Assembly: GCA_944383245.1 (NCBI GenBank)
Contig: CALWOU010000005.1
Location: 1-60,662 of the forward strand
DNA from: an uncultured Clostridia bacterium
GTDB taxonomy: Bacteria; Bacillota; Clostridia; Christensenellales; UBA1242
Reading direction: 5' to 3'
Length of the DNA: 60,662 nucleotides
Under the pieces are notes generated by a model. That model did not search any database. It had not been told where the DNA came from and worked only from the letters and a program-made list of their open reading frames with translations. The first letter of the stretch is position 1, and each line of letters starts with the position of its first letter. The position numbers and the translations under genes are program-made. Of this stretch, positions 1 through 9,409 are shown in pieces.

Positions 1-846
1 TTAATTAGAGAAATAGCCTGCTTTTGGTTCGCCTTCTGCGGTGTAATAATATCTTATTGAGCCTGAAGATTTTTGCTCTTCGGTGAGTTCGTTATATGCT
101 GAAAAGCAGACGTTCACTTTATAATCCAAATTTTCTTCTGGTTTGCCGATATCTATAACAAAGCCGTTAGATAAGTTTAAAATCACGCGTTTGTACTCTT
201 CATCTAGTGAATAATCCACACCGAACTCTATGCTATCTATGACGTCAATCATATCTTGGCGAGATAGGTATTCAGCATAACCATTTCCGTCGACGTCGAA
301 CATTGCGTTTGAATATAGCGCGCCATACAAGTTGTTAATAACTTGGCGGTAGTATTCAGTTGATAAAAAGTCAGACACTACCGTGTTTGAAGTTATTCCT
401 AAATCGGACAAATTTAAATGAATTAAGTTATTTAGAGTTGCTTCTATATTTTCGTCAATGCCCGTTTCAAGAATTCTTAAAACTTTAAGTTCTTCATCTA
501 ATATGTAATACTTATTTTCATTTTGAACATAGAACATTTCAACACGAGAGCGCACGCGAATTTCAACCTTAATAACGCTCACAGTTTTGATTTGGATTAC
601 TTTAATATTTGGAAATTCTCGTTCGATGTTGTTTATAGCACTATCTTTATCAAGCATAAAAATTGAAGTGCCGTGCTTAAAACCTGCTGAGTTTATTATT
701 TCATCTGAATTGATTTCAATGTTTGCCTCGTTAGAAACAACCACAACCTCTTCTTGCCTTAAGCAAAAAACCAAACCAAAAAGGATTGCAATAATTGCAA
801 GTATTCCAATAACTATTGAAATTATCGCGATTTTTGTTTTTGACAT
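1..846 (-). CDS. ftsQ: Cell division protein FtsQ/DivIB (TM + POTRA domain)
   Basis: N-terminal TM helix, then a POTRA-like segment (EIINSAGFKHGTSIFMLD...IEREFPNIK...VEIRVRSR); last gene of the dcw cluster; SD AGGAG; start overlaps the murA 3' end. Confidence 0.8.
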   Translation of the reverse strand: MSKTKIAIISIVIGILAIIAILFGLVFCLRQEEVVVVSNEANIEINSDEIINSAGFKHGTSIFMLDKDSAINNIEREFPNIKVIQIKTVSVIKVEIRVRSRVEMFYVQNENKYYILDEELKVLRILETGIDENIEATLNNLIHLNLSDLGITSNTVVSDFLSTEYYRQVINNLYGALYSNAMFDVDGNGYAEYLSRQDMIDVIDSIEFGVDYSLDEEYKRVILNLSNGFVIDIGKPEENLDYKVNVCFSAYNELTEEQKSSGSIRYYYTAEGEPKAGYFSN

Positions 847-2108
847 ACTCTCCTTATATTCGCGCCAAGAGATGAAAGCATATGTTCGATATGGTCATAA
901 CCTCTATCTATAAAATGGACGTCACTAATTATAGTTTTTCCTTTTGCTATAAGCCCTGCTAACACCAACCCCGCTCCACCGCGCAAGTCGGTTGCTTTAA
1001 CTGTTCGCCCGCGAGGAGCCGATAAACCGCGAACAAGTGCAGTATGTGCGTTGGATAAACTAATGTTCGCGCCCATCCTATTCAATTCTTTCGCAATTAA
1101 AAATCTATTTTCGAACACTAATTCTTGCACTTTGCTGTTCCCCTCGGCAACGCACAAAAGTGGCAAAATTATAGATTGCAAGTCGGTTGGAAATTTTGGA
1201 AAATACCCCGTTACAATATTGATATTTTTTAGTTCGCCCTCTCTTGACACTTTTATTATATCATTTTCCAAATCTATTTTGCAACCTATTGAGGACAAAA
1301 TTTTTATTAAACTTTCATTTTCTTTTGCGCACCCGTCAATAATTGTAACTTTTCCTTTAGTTAATGCGGTTGCAATCATAATTGTACCCGAAACTATTCT
1401 ATCTTTAATCGGCGTATATTGTATGCCAAACAAACTATCTACCCCATAAATAGTTATTTTCTTCGTGCCTGCACCCACAATTTTTGCACCCATAGAATTT
1501 AGAAAATTACATAAATCCACAACCTCTGGCTCACGCGCGGGATTAAAAATTTCAGTTTTTCCCTTTAATTTTACGGCAAATTGAACAATATTTTCAGTTG
1601 CACCAACACTTGGAATTTTTAGTTTAATTTTGTTTGGTTTTGCGCTCCTACCATCAAAGAAAAAACCGCTTTCATCTTCTATAACTTTAACATTTAATTT
1701 TTTTAATGCGTCAATATGCAAATCAATCGGTCTATTCCCTATTTTGCAACCACCCGGAAAAGTTATATGTGCCTCTTTAAATCTTGAAAGTAGTGCGCCA
1801 AGTAAAAATATGGATGAACGCATAGTTTTCGACAAATTTTCATCAACTTGAAAACGTGAAATTTTGCTTGAATCTAACAAAAGCGAATCTTTTTTCTTTG
1901 TTACTTTCACTCCAAGTTTACGTAAAATTTTTTTCATATTTTTTACGTCTAAAATGTCTGGCACTTGACGAATTTCAACAACTCCCTCTGTCATTATGCT
2001 CGCACTCATAATTGGCAAAACCGCATTTTTGCTCGTCTGATTTTTGAATGTGCCAAATAGTCTATTTCCGCCAACAATTTCTAATTTATCATTAAAACAA
2101 TAATTCAT
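822..2108 (-). CDS. murA: UDP-N-acetylglucosamine 1-carboxyvinyltransferase
   Basis: SKNAVLP, MRSSIFLLG, PGGCKIGNRP (catalytic Cys), SVGATEN, FPTDLQ, DLRGGA, DRGY motifs. Confidence 0.97.
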   Translation of the reverse strand: MNYCFNDKLEIVGGNRLFGTFKNQTSKNAVLPIMSASIMTEGVVEIRQVPDILDVKNMKKILRKLGVKVTKKKDSLLLDSSKISRFQVDENLSKTMRSSIFLLGALLSRFKEAHITFPGGCKIGNRPIDLHIDALKKLNVKVIEDESGFFFDGRSAKPNKIKLKIPSVGATENIVQFAVKLKGKTEIFNPAREPEVVDLCNFLNSMGAKIVGAGTKKITIYGVDSLFGIQYTPIKDRIVSGTIMIATALTKGKVTIIDGCAKENESLIKILSSIGCKIDLENDIIKVSREGELKNINIVTGYFPKFPTDLQSIILPLLCVAEGNSKVQELVFENRFLIAKELNRMGANISLSNAHTALVRGLSAPRGRTVKATDLRGGAGLVLAGLIAKGKTIISDVHFIDRGYDHIEHMLSSLGANIRRVCQKQKSR

Positions 2109-2113
2109 ATATA

Positions 2114-2141
2114 ATTATATGAAAATAAGTCTTTATTTAAC
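2114..2141 (-). promoter_or_regulatory. SigmaE-like promoter of murA, leaderless geometry
   Basis: GTTAAAT-N14-ATATAAT (CATATAAT); only 5 nt between the -10 element and the ATG; no SD. Confidence 0.5.
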
Positions 2142-3311
2142 CACATTTAATTTTTGTTTTAATTTAAACTTAAAATTGTGTTTTGATTCTTTTATTTCGT
2201 TTATTCCTTGGCTTATTTCTTTTGATGTTTGTTTATCTACGTTTATCACAACTCCAATTGCAGACATAAACACAAGCAGTGATGTGCTTCCTGCGCTAAT
2301 AAATGGAAGTGGAAGTCCTGTTGGAGGAATTGAACCTGTTACAACTGCAATATTTAGTATCACCTGAATACTAATAATTGCGCCAATACCAAAGCAAAGG
2401 AAAGCGGAAAATTTATTGTTTGCGCGCATTCCAACTTTAAAAATTGTAACAATTAAAATTGCAAACAATATCATAAGAATTAAGCAACCGATAAAACCTA
2501 ATTCTTCTGCTATGATTGAGAAAATGAAGTCGGATTCGCAAAACGGCAAGAAAAGTTCTGCTTGGCGCGAATTAAATAGACCCACTCCCCAAAGTCCGCC
2601 ACTACCTATTGCGTAAAGAGATTGTATTAATTGGTAGCCCTCGTCTAGCGGGTTTGCCCAAGGATTTAAAAACGCCACAATTCTACTTAGTCTATATGGT
2701 TCCATTAAGATTAGTACAACCACCAAAAGCACTGCTGGAATTACTAGTATTCCAAACACTTTCAATCTCATTCCGCCTATAAACATCATAAAAATTAGTG
2801 TGAAAGCAACGCACATTGTGATTGACATATTTGGTTCTAACATAATAAGAACGCAGTAAATTCCGCCAAGAGATAAAGTGATTAGGATATGTTTGAATTT
2901 TGATAGTTTGTCGCCGTCTGACAGGTAACCCGCAAGAAAGAAAACTAAGCAAAATTTGCTTATTTCGCTAGGTTGCATTGTGAAACTACCTATTCCTATC
3001 CACCTTGTTGCACCATAACTTGATTTGCCAAGCCCTGGAATGAACACGAGTGCCAAAAATACAAGTCCAACTATGTAGAAAACCCAATAAAACTTTTTGT
3101 AAACCCTATTATTGATGAATTGGACTATAATCATACCAACTAGTCCAATAATTACACCCGTGATTTGCTTTTTTAGATAGAAAAATTGGTCGTTATATTG
3201 CACAGTTGCCGAATATTTGCTCGCGCTATACACCATAACGCAACCAAAAATTGTGAGTATCAGTGTAAGAACAACTAAGATTATACTATTTTTTCGCGCA
3301 TTCAGTTTCAT
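2133..3311 (-). CDS. spoVE: SEDS family peptidoglycan glycosyltransferase SpoVE/FtsW
   Basis: About 10 TM helices; MVYSAS, GATRWI, QPSEISK, GYQLIQSLYAIGSGG, SDFIFSIIAEELG, TGLPLPFISAGSTS motifs; dcw context with spoVD. Confidence 0.9.
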   Translation of the reverse strand: MKLNARKNSIILVVLTLILTIFGCVMVYSASKYSATVQYNDQFFYLKKQITGVIIGLVGMIIVQFINNRVYKKFYWVFYIVGLVFLALVFIPGLGKSSYGATRWIGIGSFTMQPSEISKFCLVFFLAGYLSDGDKLSKFKHILITLSLGGIYCVLIMLEPNMSITMCVAFTLIFMMFIGGMRLKVFGILVIPAVLLVVVLILMEPYRLSRIVAFLNPWANPLDEGYQLIQSLYAIGSGGLWGVGLFNSRQAELFLPFCESDFIFSIIAEELGFIGCLILMILFAILIVTIFKVGMRANNKFSAFLCFGIGAIISIQVILNIAVVTGSIPPTGLPLPFISAGSTSLLVFMSAIGVVINVDKQTSKEISQGINEIKESKHNFKFKLKQKLNVVK

Positions 3312-4596
3312 AATTCATCACCAATTCATTAAAATGTTTTCCGCGCTCAATGTAGTTTGAATATTGGTCGTAACTTGCAGTGGCTGGGCTTAATAATATC
3401 GTGTCTCCCGCTAGAGCGTGAGTTGTGGCAATATTGAATGCTTCTTTTAAATCGACGCAAGTAGAATAATCAAATTTGTTATTGTTTGCTTTTTCTAAAT
3501 TTTCTGCAATCTCACCATAAAGTATTACGAACTTTACTCGCTTTGATAATTTATTAAATAATTCATCAAAATTTAACATTTTATTAGACCCGCCAAGTAA
3601 AATTATTATCGCGCCTTTTGTTGATTCGACGGATGCCAAAGTTGAGGCGATATTTGTTGATTTGCTATCGTTAATAAATTTAATTTGATTGATAACTCCA
3701 ACATTTTCAATTCTAAAATGCTCTGGCGTGTAGGATAAAATTGCCTGCCTAATAAGTTCGGGACGAACCTTATAAATATATCCAAAACAAATTGCGCACA
3801 TAATGTTTGAAATGTTGTGTTTGCCCGTTAATTTTAATTCATTAATGTTTGCAATTTTATGCTCGTGAAGATATATTGCACCGTCTTTTAAATAAACGTC
3901 GGCTGTGTGTTTTTGTGAATATGTAATTTTTAGTGTGTCGCTAGTTAGGTGAATATTGTCGTCAAGATTGATTACGGCATAATCGTTTGACTTTAAATTT
4001 TTGAATATACTTTTTTTTAGTGCAGTGTAATTTTCCATTGTTTTATGGCGAATGAGGTGGTCGGGAGATATGTTTAAAATTGTTGCAACGTGCGGAGAAA
4101 ATTTGTTTGCGTGCTCTAGCATAAACGAACTTACTTCTATCACTTTAATGTAGTTTTTCTTTTCAAGAACTGCGCGAGAAAGCGGATAACCAATGTTCCC
4201 GCACGCAACTGCTTTATATTTTTTATTCAAAATATCTGTAACCAATTCTGTGGTGGTGGTTTTTCCATTTGTACCCGTGATTGCTACATAATTTTTGCAA
4301 AACATTGAGGCGAATTCAAGTTCGCTCATAATGGTTATGTTGCGCTCGTTTGCTTTAACTAAAAATTCATTATCAAGCGGGATTGATGGAGACACGATTA
4401 TCAAATCAAACTGCTCAATTAAATTTTCGTTTAACGAATTTAGCATAAAACAATTTTTTATAGTTTTAGTTTTTAAAATTTCAAAATTATCGTCATACAA
4501 AAAAACATTAGCACGCTTATTTATCAACAATCTACTCGCCCATTCTCCCGACATCGATAACCCGTAAACTAAAACATTTAGATTTTTAAACTTCAT
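3286..4596 (-). CDS. murD: UDP-N-acetylmuramoyl-L-alanine--D-glutamate ligase
   Basis: AITGTNGKTTT, EVSSF, NISPDHL.RH, NDSKSTN, LSPATASYDQY motifs. Confidence 0.97.
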   Translation of the reverse strand: MKFKNLNVLVYGLSMSGEWASRLLINKRANVFLYDDNFEILKTKTIKNCFMLNSLNENLIEQFDLIIVSPSIPLDNEFLVKANERNITIMSELEFASMFCKNYVAITGTNGKTTTTELVTDILNKKYKAVACGNIGYPLSRAVLEKKNYIKVIEVSSFMLEHANKFSPHVATILNISPDHLIRHKTMENYTALKKSIFKNLKSNDYAVINLDDNIHLTSDTLKITYSQKHTADVYLKDGAIYLHEHKIANINELKLTGKHNISNIMCAICFGYIYKVRPELIRQAILSYTPEHFRIENVGVINQIKFINDSKSTNIASTLASVESTKGAIIILLGGSNKMLNFDELFNKLSKRVKFVILYGEIAENLEKANNNKFDYSTCVDLKEAFNIATTHALAGDTILLSPATASYDQYSNYIERGKHFNELVMNYETECAKK

Positions 4597-4616
4597 TTTA
4601 TATTCCTTTTAACAAA

Positions 4617-4643
4617 ACAATATGAAAATTTTTTTGAATATAC
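4617..4643 (-). promoter_or_regulatory. SigmaE-like promoter of murD-spoVE
   Basis: GTATATT-N13-ATATTGT (CATATTGT); no TTG-type -35 at sigmaA spacing. Confidence 0.4.
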
Positions 4644-4838
4644 TTAAATTTTTTGCGCATATAATTTTAATAATTTAATAAAAATTTTTAAAATTTTTCA
4701 TTTTTTTACGTTTTTTTGCAATTTTTTTACGATTTTTGCAATATTTTTAAAAATTTATTCAATTTTTCTATTTTTTAATTTTCAAAATACTTCAAAAATT
4801 TTTTATATAAATACACTATTTTTTTAAACATAAATTTA

Positions 4839-5837
4839 TTACAGCAAATACAAAATAATACAAATTACACCAATCGTGGCTGTGATGGACGAATAGATTG
4901 CAACTATTTTTGGTTCACTTAATCCGCACATTTGAAGGTGATGATGGAATGGTGCCATTTTAAAAACTCGCTTTCTTTTTATTTTGAAAACTGCCACTTG
5001 CAAAATTACAGATATAGCACTAAACACAAAGCAAAATCCAAGAATAGGAATTATAAGTTCCATTCCAAGAATACACGCGCTTGCACCAACGTAACCTCCA
5101 AGCATAAGCGAACCAACATCTCCCATAAAGATTGATGCCTTACTTGTGTTAAACATTAAAAATCCTAGTATTGCTCCAACAAACAGCATAGACAAAATGT
5201 TTATGTTTTGAATGTCTGTTAAAATTTGACTTGTGACACCCGCATTATACAAATTTATTGAAACTATGCTAGTGATTATTGTGAAAAAAATTAGATAAAA
5301 TAAACTTACATTTCCAGCAAGCCCGTCCAGCCCGTCGGTTAAATTTACACTATTAGTTGTAGCAAGTAAAACAAAAATTACAATTGGAATAATGAAAAAT
5401 TTTGTGTCAATCGCGGTGTCTAAAAAAGGAATAAATATTTCGCCCTGAACACTTGATAAAAAGTAAACAAACACTGCAAAAATTATTGATATGCCAAGTT
5501 GTCCAATAATCTTTTGATATGGTCTAAGACCCAAGTTTTGCTTATATTTAATTTTTAGATAATCATCCATTAGTCCTAGCACACCAAAGAATATGCTAAC
5601 TAAAAGAGTCATAAACCAACGCGTGTCAAAGCGCAAAAACACAAACGCAAGAAATAGTGTAGTTAATATGAATACTACACCACCCATAGTTAATGTTCCG
5701 TTTTTATCTTTATGATTTTCAACATAGCCAAGTATGGTTTGACTTGCGTGTTTTTTCTTAAAATAATGAATTATAAGTGGCATTAAAACAAGCGAAAGTG
5801 CAAACGAACTTAAAAATGCTAGCAATATTTTTATCAT
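4839..5837 (-). CDS. mraY: Phospho-N-acetylmuramoyl-pentapeptide transferase
   Basis: TLTMGG, GLMDDYLK, NSVNLTDGLDGL, FMGDVGS, MAPFHHH motifs; multi-TM. Confidence 0.97.
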   Translation of the reverse strand: MIKILLAFLSSFALSLVLMPLIIHYFKKKHASQTILGYVENHKDKNGTLTMGGVVFILTTLFLAFVFLRFDTRWFMTLLVSIFFGVLGLMDDYLKIKYKQNLGLRPYQKIIGQLGISIIFAVFVYFLSSVQGEIFIPFLDTAIDTKFFIIPIVIFVLLATTNSVNLTDGLDGLAGNVSLFYLIFFTIITSIVSINLYNAGVTSQILTDIQNINILSMLFVGAILGFLMFNTSKASIFMGDVGSLMLGGYVGASACILGMELIIPILGFCFVFSAISVILQVAVFKIKRKRVFKMAPFHHHLQMCGLSEPKIVAIYSSITATIGVICIILYLL

Positions 5838-7291
5838 GCTTTTATTTTGCCTTTTAAACTATATTTATTGCAATTATTGACAACTTCAAAATCGCTATAC
5901 GGGAATTTCACTCCTTTAATTTCTTGATAGTTTTCTGCACCCTTTCCAAGGATAGCGACTACATCATTTTCGTTTGCAATTTGCATTGCATATTCAATTG
6001 CAGATTTTCTATCGGTAATTCTAACAAGTTTTTCGCTTACCACTCCGCGCACAATATCATCAATAATTAGTTCGGGATTTTCATATCTAGGATTATCTGT
6101 TGTAACAATCACTAAATCGCTAAAATTTAGTGCCACGTCACACATCTCTCTTCTCTTAGTTTTATCCCTATTTCCGCCACAGCCAAACACTGTGATAATT
6201 TTCTTTTTAGCAAGAAGTTTAATTGCACCTAACACGTTTTTTATTCCGTCTGGCGTGTGCGCATAGTCAATGATTGCACTAAATTTATTGTTGCAATTTA
6301 TAACATTAAATCTGCCAGAAATGACAAACTCTGATTGTTTTATAACGCGCAAAATATCATAAACATTTATTCCTAGTTTTAATAATATTCCAATTGAAAG
6401 CATTATGTTTGAAATATTATATTCGCCTATTAAATTTGTTTTTGAATGATAAACTTTGCCTTTAATTGAAAAACTAAATTCAGTGCCGGACAGACTATAC
6501 TCGGTTGAAATTAGTTGTAAATCTGCGTCTTTTCCAATTTTACAAATTTCAATATTTGAATTTTTGGCAATATTTTGTGTGTTTTTACTATCGATATTTA
6601 TAACTCCTAACTTTGCGTGTTTGTAATCGAAAAGGCTTGCTTTACACTTTGTGTAGTTTTCCATATTGAGGAAAAAATCCAAATGGTCTTTAGTTATATT
6701 AGTTAGTCCAACCGCGTCAAAATATATGTTGTCAATTTTATTTAGCGCTATTGCGTGCGCGCTCACTTCCATAACGCAATACTCACAACCATTGTCTTCC
6801 ATATCTTTAATGAGTTTGTGCAAAACTATTGGGTCGGGAGTGGTTAAAGTTGGAGGAAGAAGTAAACTGCCTATGTATACCCCCTCCGTTCCAATCAATC
6901 CAACTTTTTTATTCAATGCGGTTAAAATGTTGCGAATAATCATCGTAGTTGTTGTTTTTCCGTTTGTTCCTGTTATACCTATAAACTTCATTTTAGATTT
7001 GTAAGTTCCATAAAAAGTTGAACATATTTGCGACATTGCAATTCTCACGTTTTCAACCAAAATCTGTGGCACGTCAACTTCTAAAAAACGTTCCACCACC
7101 AAACAAATTGCACCATTATTAATTGCTTGATAAGCATAGTTGTGACCGTCGTGTTTCATACCTTTTATGCAAAAATATAGCCCAGATTCCGTTTTTTCTT
7201 CGCTTGAACAAGTTAGCGAATCAATATCAATCTCGCGGTAGTTTTTAATCCCTATAAATTTTAGATTTGAGATTATTTCGTATAGTTTCAT
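5834..7291 (-). CDS. murE: UDP-N-acetylmuramoyl-L-alanyl-D-glutamate--2,6-diaminopimelate ligase
   Basis: GITGTNGKTT, TTPD, MEVSAH, DHLDF, DYAHTPDG, GCGGNRD, DNPR (meso-DAP-type motif), GKG motifs; 4-nt overlap with mraY. Confidence 0.97.
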   Translation of the reverse strand: MKLYEIISNLKFIGIKNYREIDIDSLTCSSEEKTESGLYFCIKGMKHDGHNYAYQAINNGAICLVVERFLEVDVPQILVENVRIAMSQICSTFYGTYKSKMKFIGITGTNGKTTTTMIIRNILTALNKKVGLIGTEGVYIGSLLLPPTLTTPDPIVLHKLIKDMEDNGCEYCVMEVSAHAIALNKIDNIYFDAVGLTNITKDHLDFFLNMENYTKCKASLFDYKHAKLGVINIDSKNTQNIAKNSNIEICKIGKDADLQLISTEYSLSGTEFSFSIKGKVYHSKTNLIGEYNISNIMLSIGILLKLGINVYDILRVIKQSEFVISGRFNVINCNNKFSAIIDYAHTPDGIKNVLGAIKLLAKKKIITVFGCGGNRDKTKRREMCDVALNFSDLVIVTTDNPRYENPELIIDDIVRGVVSEKLVRITDRKSAIEYAMQIANENDVVAILGKGAENYQEIKGVKFPYSDFEVVNNCNKYSLKGKIKA

Positions 7292-7342
7292 AATTCCCCC
7301 ACAATTTAGCTAAAATTGGTAAATAAACTTATTACTTCATTT

Positions 7343-7371
7343 AATATATCAGATAATTTTTCTTTTTTTAC
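7343..7371 (-). promoter_or_regulatory. Candidate promoter of murE-mraY (sigmaE-like, or extended -10 sigmaA)
   Basis: GTAAAAA-N15-ATATATT; also readable as TG-n-TATATT without a -35 element. Confidence 0.35.
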
Positions 7372-7398
7372 TTAGGGTATAAAATAAGACAAAATATT

Positions 7399-9303
7399 TC
7401 AATTTGTGATTAAATACGTCATTTCTCCTAAATAAAGCATTGTGCCAGCTATAGGGAGTTGGCTTAAAACATACTCGCCCTCATTTTCTATCACAGCATC
7501 TAGACCTAACTGCTTTAATTTGGCGCTTGCGTCTGCAAGAGTCATACCAATTAAGTTTGGCATTTCAATTGTCGGCTGACTTGTTAGTTGCGACTCGTCG
7601 TTTGGAGAAATCGCTTTAGTTTCAAAAATTCTAGTAAATATGCGTTGTCCAACTGGCTTTGCCACCACTCCACCATAGTATGCTCCCGCGCTTGGTTCGT
7701 TTACGCAGACAATTAAAATATACTCTGGATTGCTTGCTGGATAAGTGCCTATAAAACTTGAAATATATTTCCCACTTGCAATTTGACCATTTTCATCGTA
7801 TTTTTGCGCTGTCCCCGTCTTTCCGCCTATGTCGTAGCCCGCAACAAATGTCATATTGCCCTCGCTATTTATATTGTTTGCAAGCAATTTATTCACTGTT
7901 GAAATTGTGGATTCTTTTAAATCAATTTTTGTGGATGCAGATGAGTGTTTGTATAAAGTTGTGTCCTCTGCCACAATTTCTTCCACCAAATAAGGCGTTA
8001 AGTCTTTTCCTGAACAAATTTTTGCGTATACGTTAACAAGTTGAAGTTCAGTGACAGCGATTGCGTGCCCAAAACCAATGCGCGCCAAGTCTACAATTTT
8101 AACTTGGTCCTCACTCATCACAATTCCGCTAGACTCACTTGCAATATCCACTCCTGTTTTTTCGCCTAAACCAAATAAATTGAGATAGTCATAGTATTTT
8201 TCAATTCCAAGGCGCAAAGCGAGATTTACAAACACGCAGTTGCAACTCTTTTCAAATGCCTCGGATAAGGTTAAACTTCCGTGGCCCGTGCTTTTCCAAC
8301 ATTTTATAGTTTCGCCGTCAACCGTGGTTCTGCCCGAACAAAAGAAATGCTCGTCCTCACTCACTAACCCCTCATTTAACGCTGCGGCAAGAGTTACAAG
8401 TTTGAATGTACTACCTGGTTCGTAAACGTCAACTACGGTGGAATTTTTCGTCATAAGTTGAAGCGCGGAGATATCATCACGTGGAACATTATTTAGGTCG
8501 AAACTAGGTAGGCAACTCATCGCTTTTATTGCTCCTTTTTTTGCGTCGATTATTATTCCGCTAACACCGAGCGCTTTGTTTTCTAAATATGCAGTCATCA
8601 ACTCGCTTTCTAATATTGTTTGCATTTGAACGTCTATTGTGGTTGTTAAATTTGCGCCTGGCACACTTGGAATGTAGTAACTAAGGCTATTTTCGATTTC
8701 TTTTCCTTGTGCGTTGGTTTGAGTGAGGCTTTTTCCGTCCACACCTTTTAGGTATTTATCATAATACGCTTCAATTCCCGCTTGACCGATATTGTCGATT
8801 GTGCAATAGCCTAAAACTTGCGTTAGAAGTGATGAATATGGATAAACTCTCGCCACATTTTGTGATAAATACACACCGCTATATTCGGTTAGCGCCTTTG
8901 CTAAACTCTCTTCCACCTGCATTTTGATTAAGATTTCACTGAATGACTTGTTTGTTACTTTAGTGTATGCCGTTTCGTAATCTATATTTAAACTTTCACT
9001 TATTGCGCTTGCAAGACGGGCTGGTTCGGTTACATTTCTTGCGCGAACGTACACATCATATGTCGTGATTGTTGTGGCTAGGCTAACTCCGTTGCAATCT
9101 AATATTTCCCCGCGTCTACTTGCAAGTGGCAAATCTCTAAGCCACTCTTCACTTGCCAATATTTGAAGATGACGATTTGATATTATTTGCAAATAAAAAA
9201 CTCGTATGCTCAGCGCAAAAAATAAGGTTAAAATTATTAAAATTGTTGCTAAAAACCGCTTTTGAAGTGAATAAATGTTATAAAACGTTTTAAATTTTTT
9301 CAT
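7399..9303 (-). CDS. spoVD: Class B penicillin-binding protein SpoVD/FtsI with PASTA domain
   Basis: N-terminal TM; RGEILD, RVYP, GIEAYYD, EPGSTFK (SxxK), SCN (SxN), GKTGTAQ (KTG); C-terminal PASTA (MPNLIGMT). Confidence 0.9.
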   Translation of the reverse strand: MKKFKTFYNIYSLQKRFLATILIILTLFFALSIRVFYLQIISNRHLQILASEEWLRDLPLASRRGEILDCNGVSLATTITTYDVYVRARNVTEPARLASAISESLNIDYETAYTKVTNKSFSEILIKMQVEESLAKALTEYSGVYLSQNVARVYPYSSLLTQVLGYCTIDNIGQAGIEAYYDKYLKGVDGKSLTQTNAQGKEIENSLSYYIPSVPGANLTTTIDVQMQTILESELMTAYLENKALGVSGIIIDAKKGAIKAMSCLPSFDLNNVPRDDISALQLMTKNSTVVDVYEPGSTFKLVTLAAALNEGLVSEDEHFFCSGRTTVDGETIKCWKSTGHGSLTLSEAFEKSCNCVFVNLALRLGIEKYYDYLNLFGLGEKTGVDIASESSGIVMSEDQVKIVDLARIGFGHAIAVTELQLVNVYAKICSGKDLTPYLVEEIVAEDTTLYKHSSASTKIDLKESTISTVNKLLANNINSEGNMTFVAGYDIGGKTGTAQKYDENGQIASGKYISSFIGTYPASNPEYILIVCVNEPSAGAYYGGVVAKPVGQRIFTRIFETKAISPNDESQLTSQPTIEMPNLIGMTLADASAKLKQLGLDAVIENEGEYVLSQLPIAGTMLYLGEMTYLITN

Positions 9304-9308
9304 AACTA

Positions 9309-9336
9309 ATTATATTTAAAACTAAACCTAATTAGA
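9309..9336 (-). promoter_or_regulatory. SigmaE-like promoter of spoVD, leaderless geometry
   Basis: TCTAATT-N14-ATATAAT, then 5 nt and the ATG; no SD; spoVD is sigmaE-dependent in B. subtilis. Confidence 0.55.
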
Positions 9337-9362
9337 AGATTTTTTATTATATTTAAATGCAA

Positions 9363-9400
9363 ATAAAAAACTGAAATTTTTATTAATTTCAGTTTTTTAT
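9363..9400 (-). terminator. Intrinsic terminator after the giant-protein gene
   Basis: Inverted repeat ATAAAAAACTGAAATT...AATTTCAGTTTTTTAT with T tracts on both strands. Confidence 0.75.
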
Positions 9401-9409
9401 TATTGTTTA

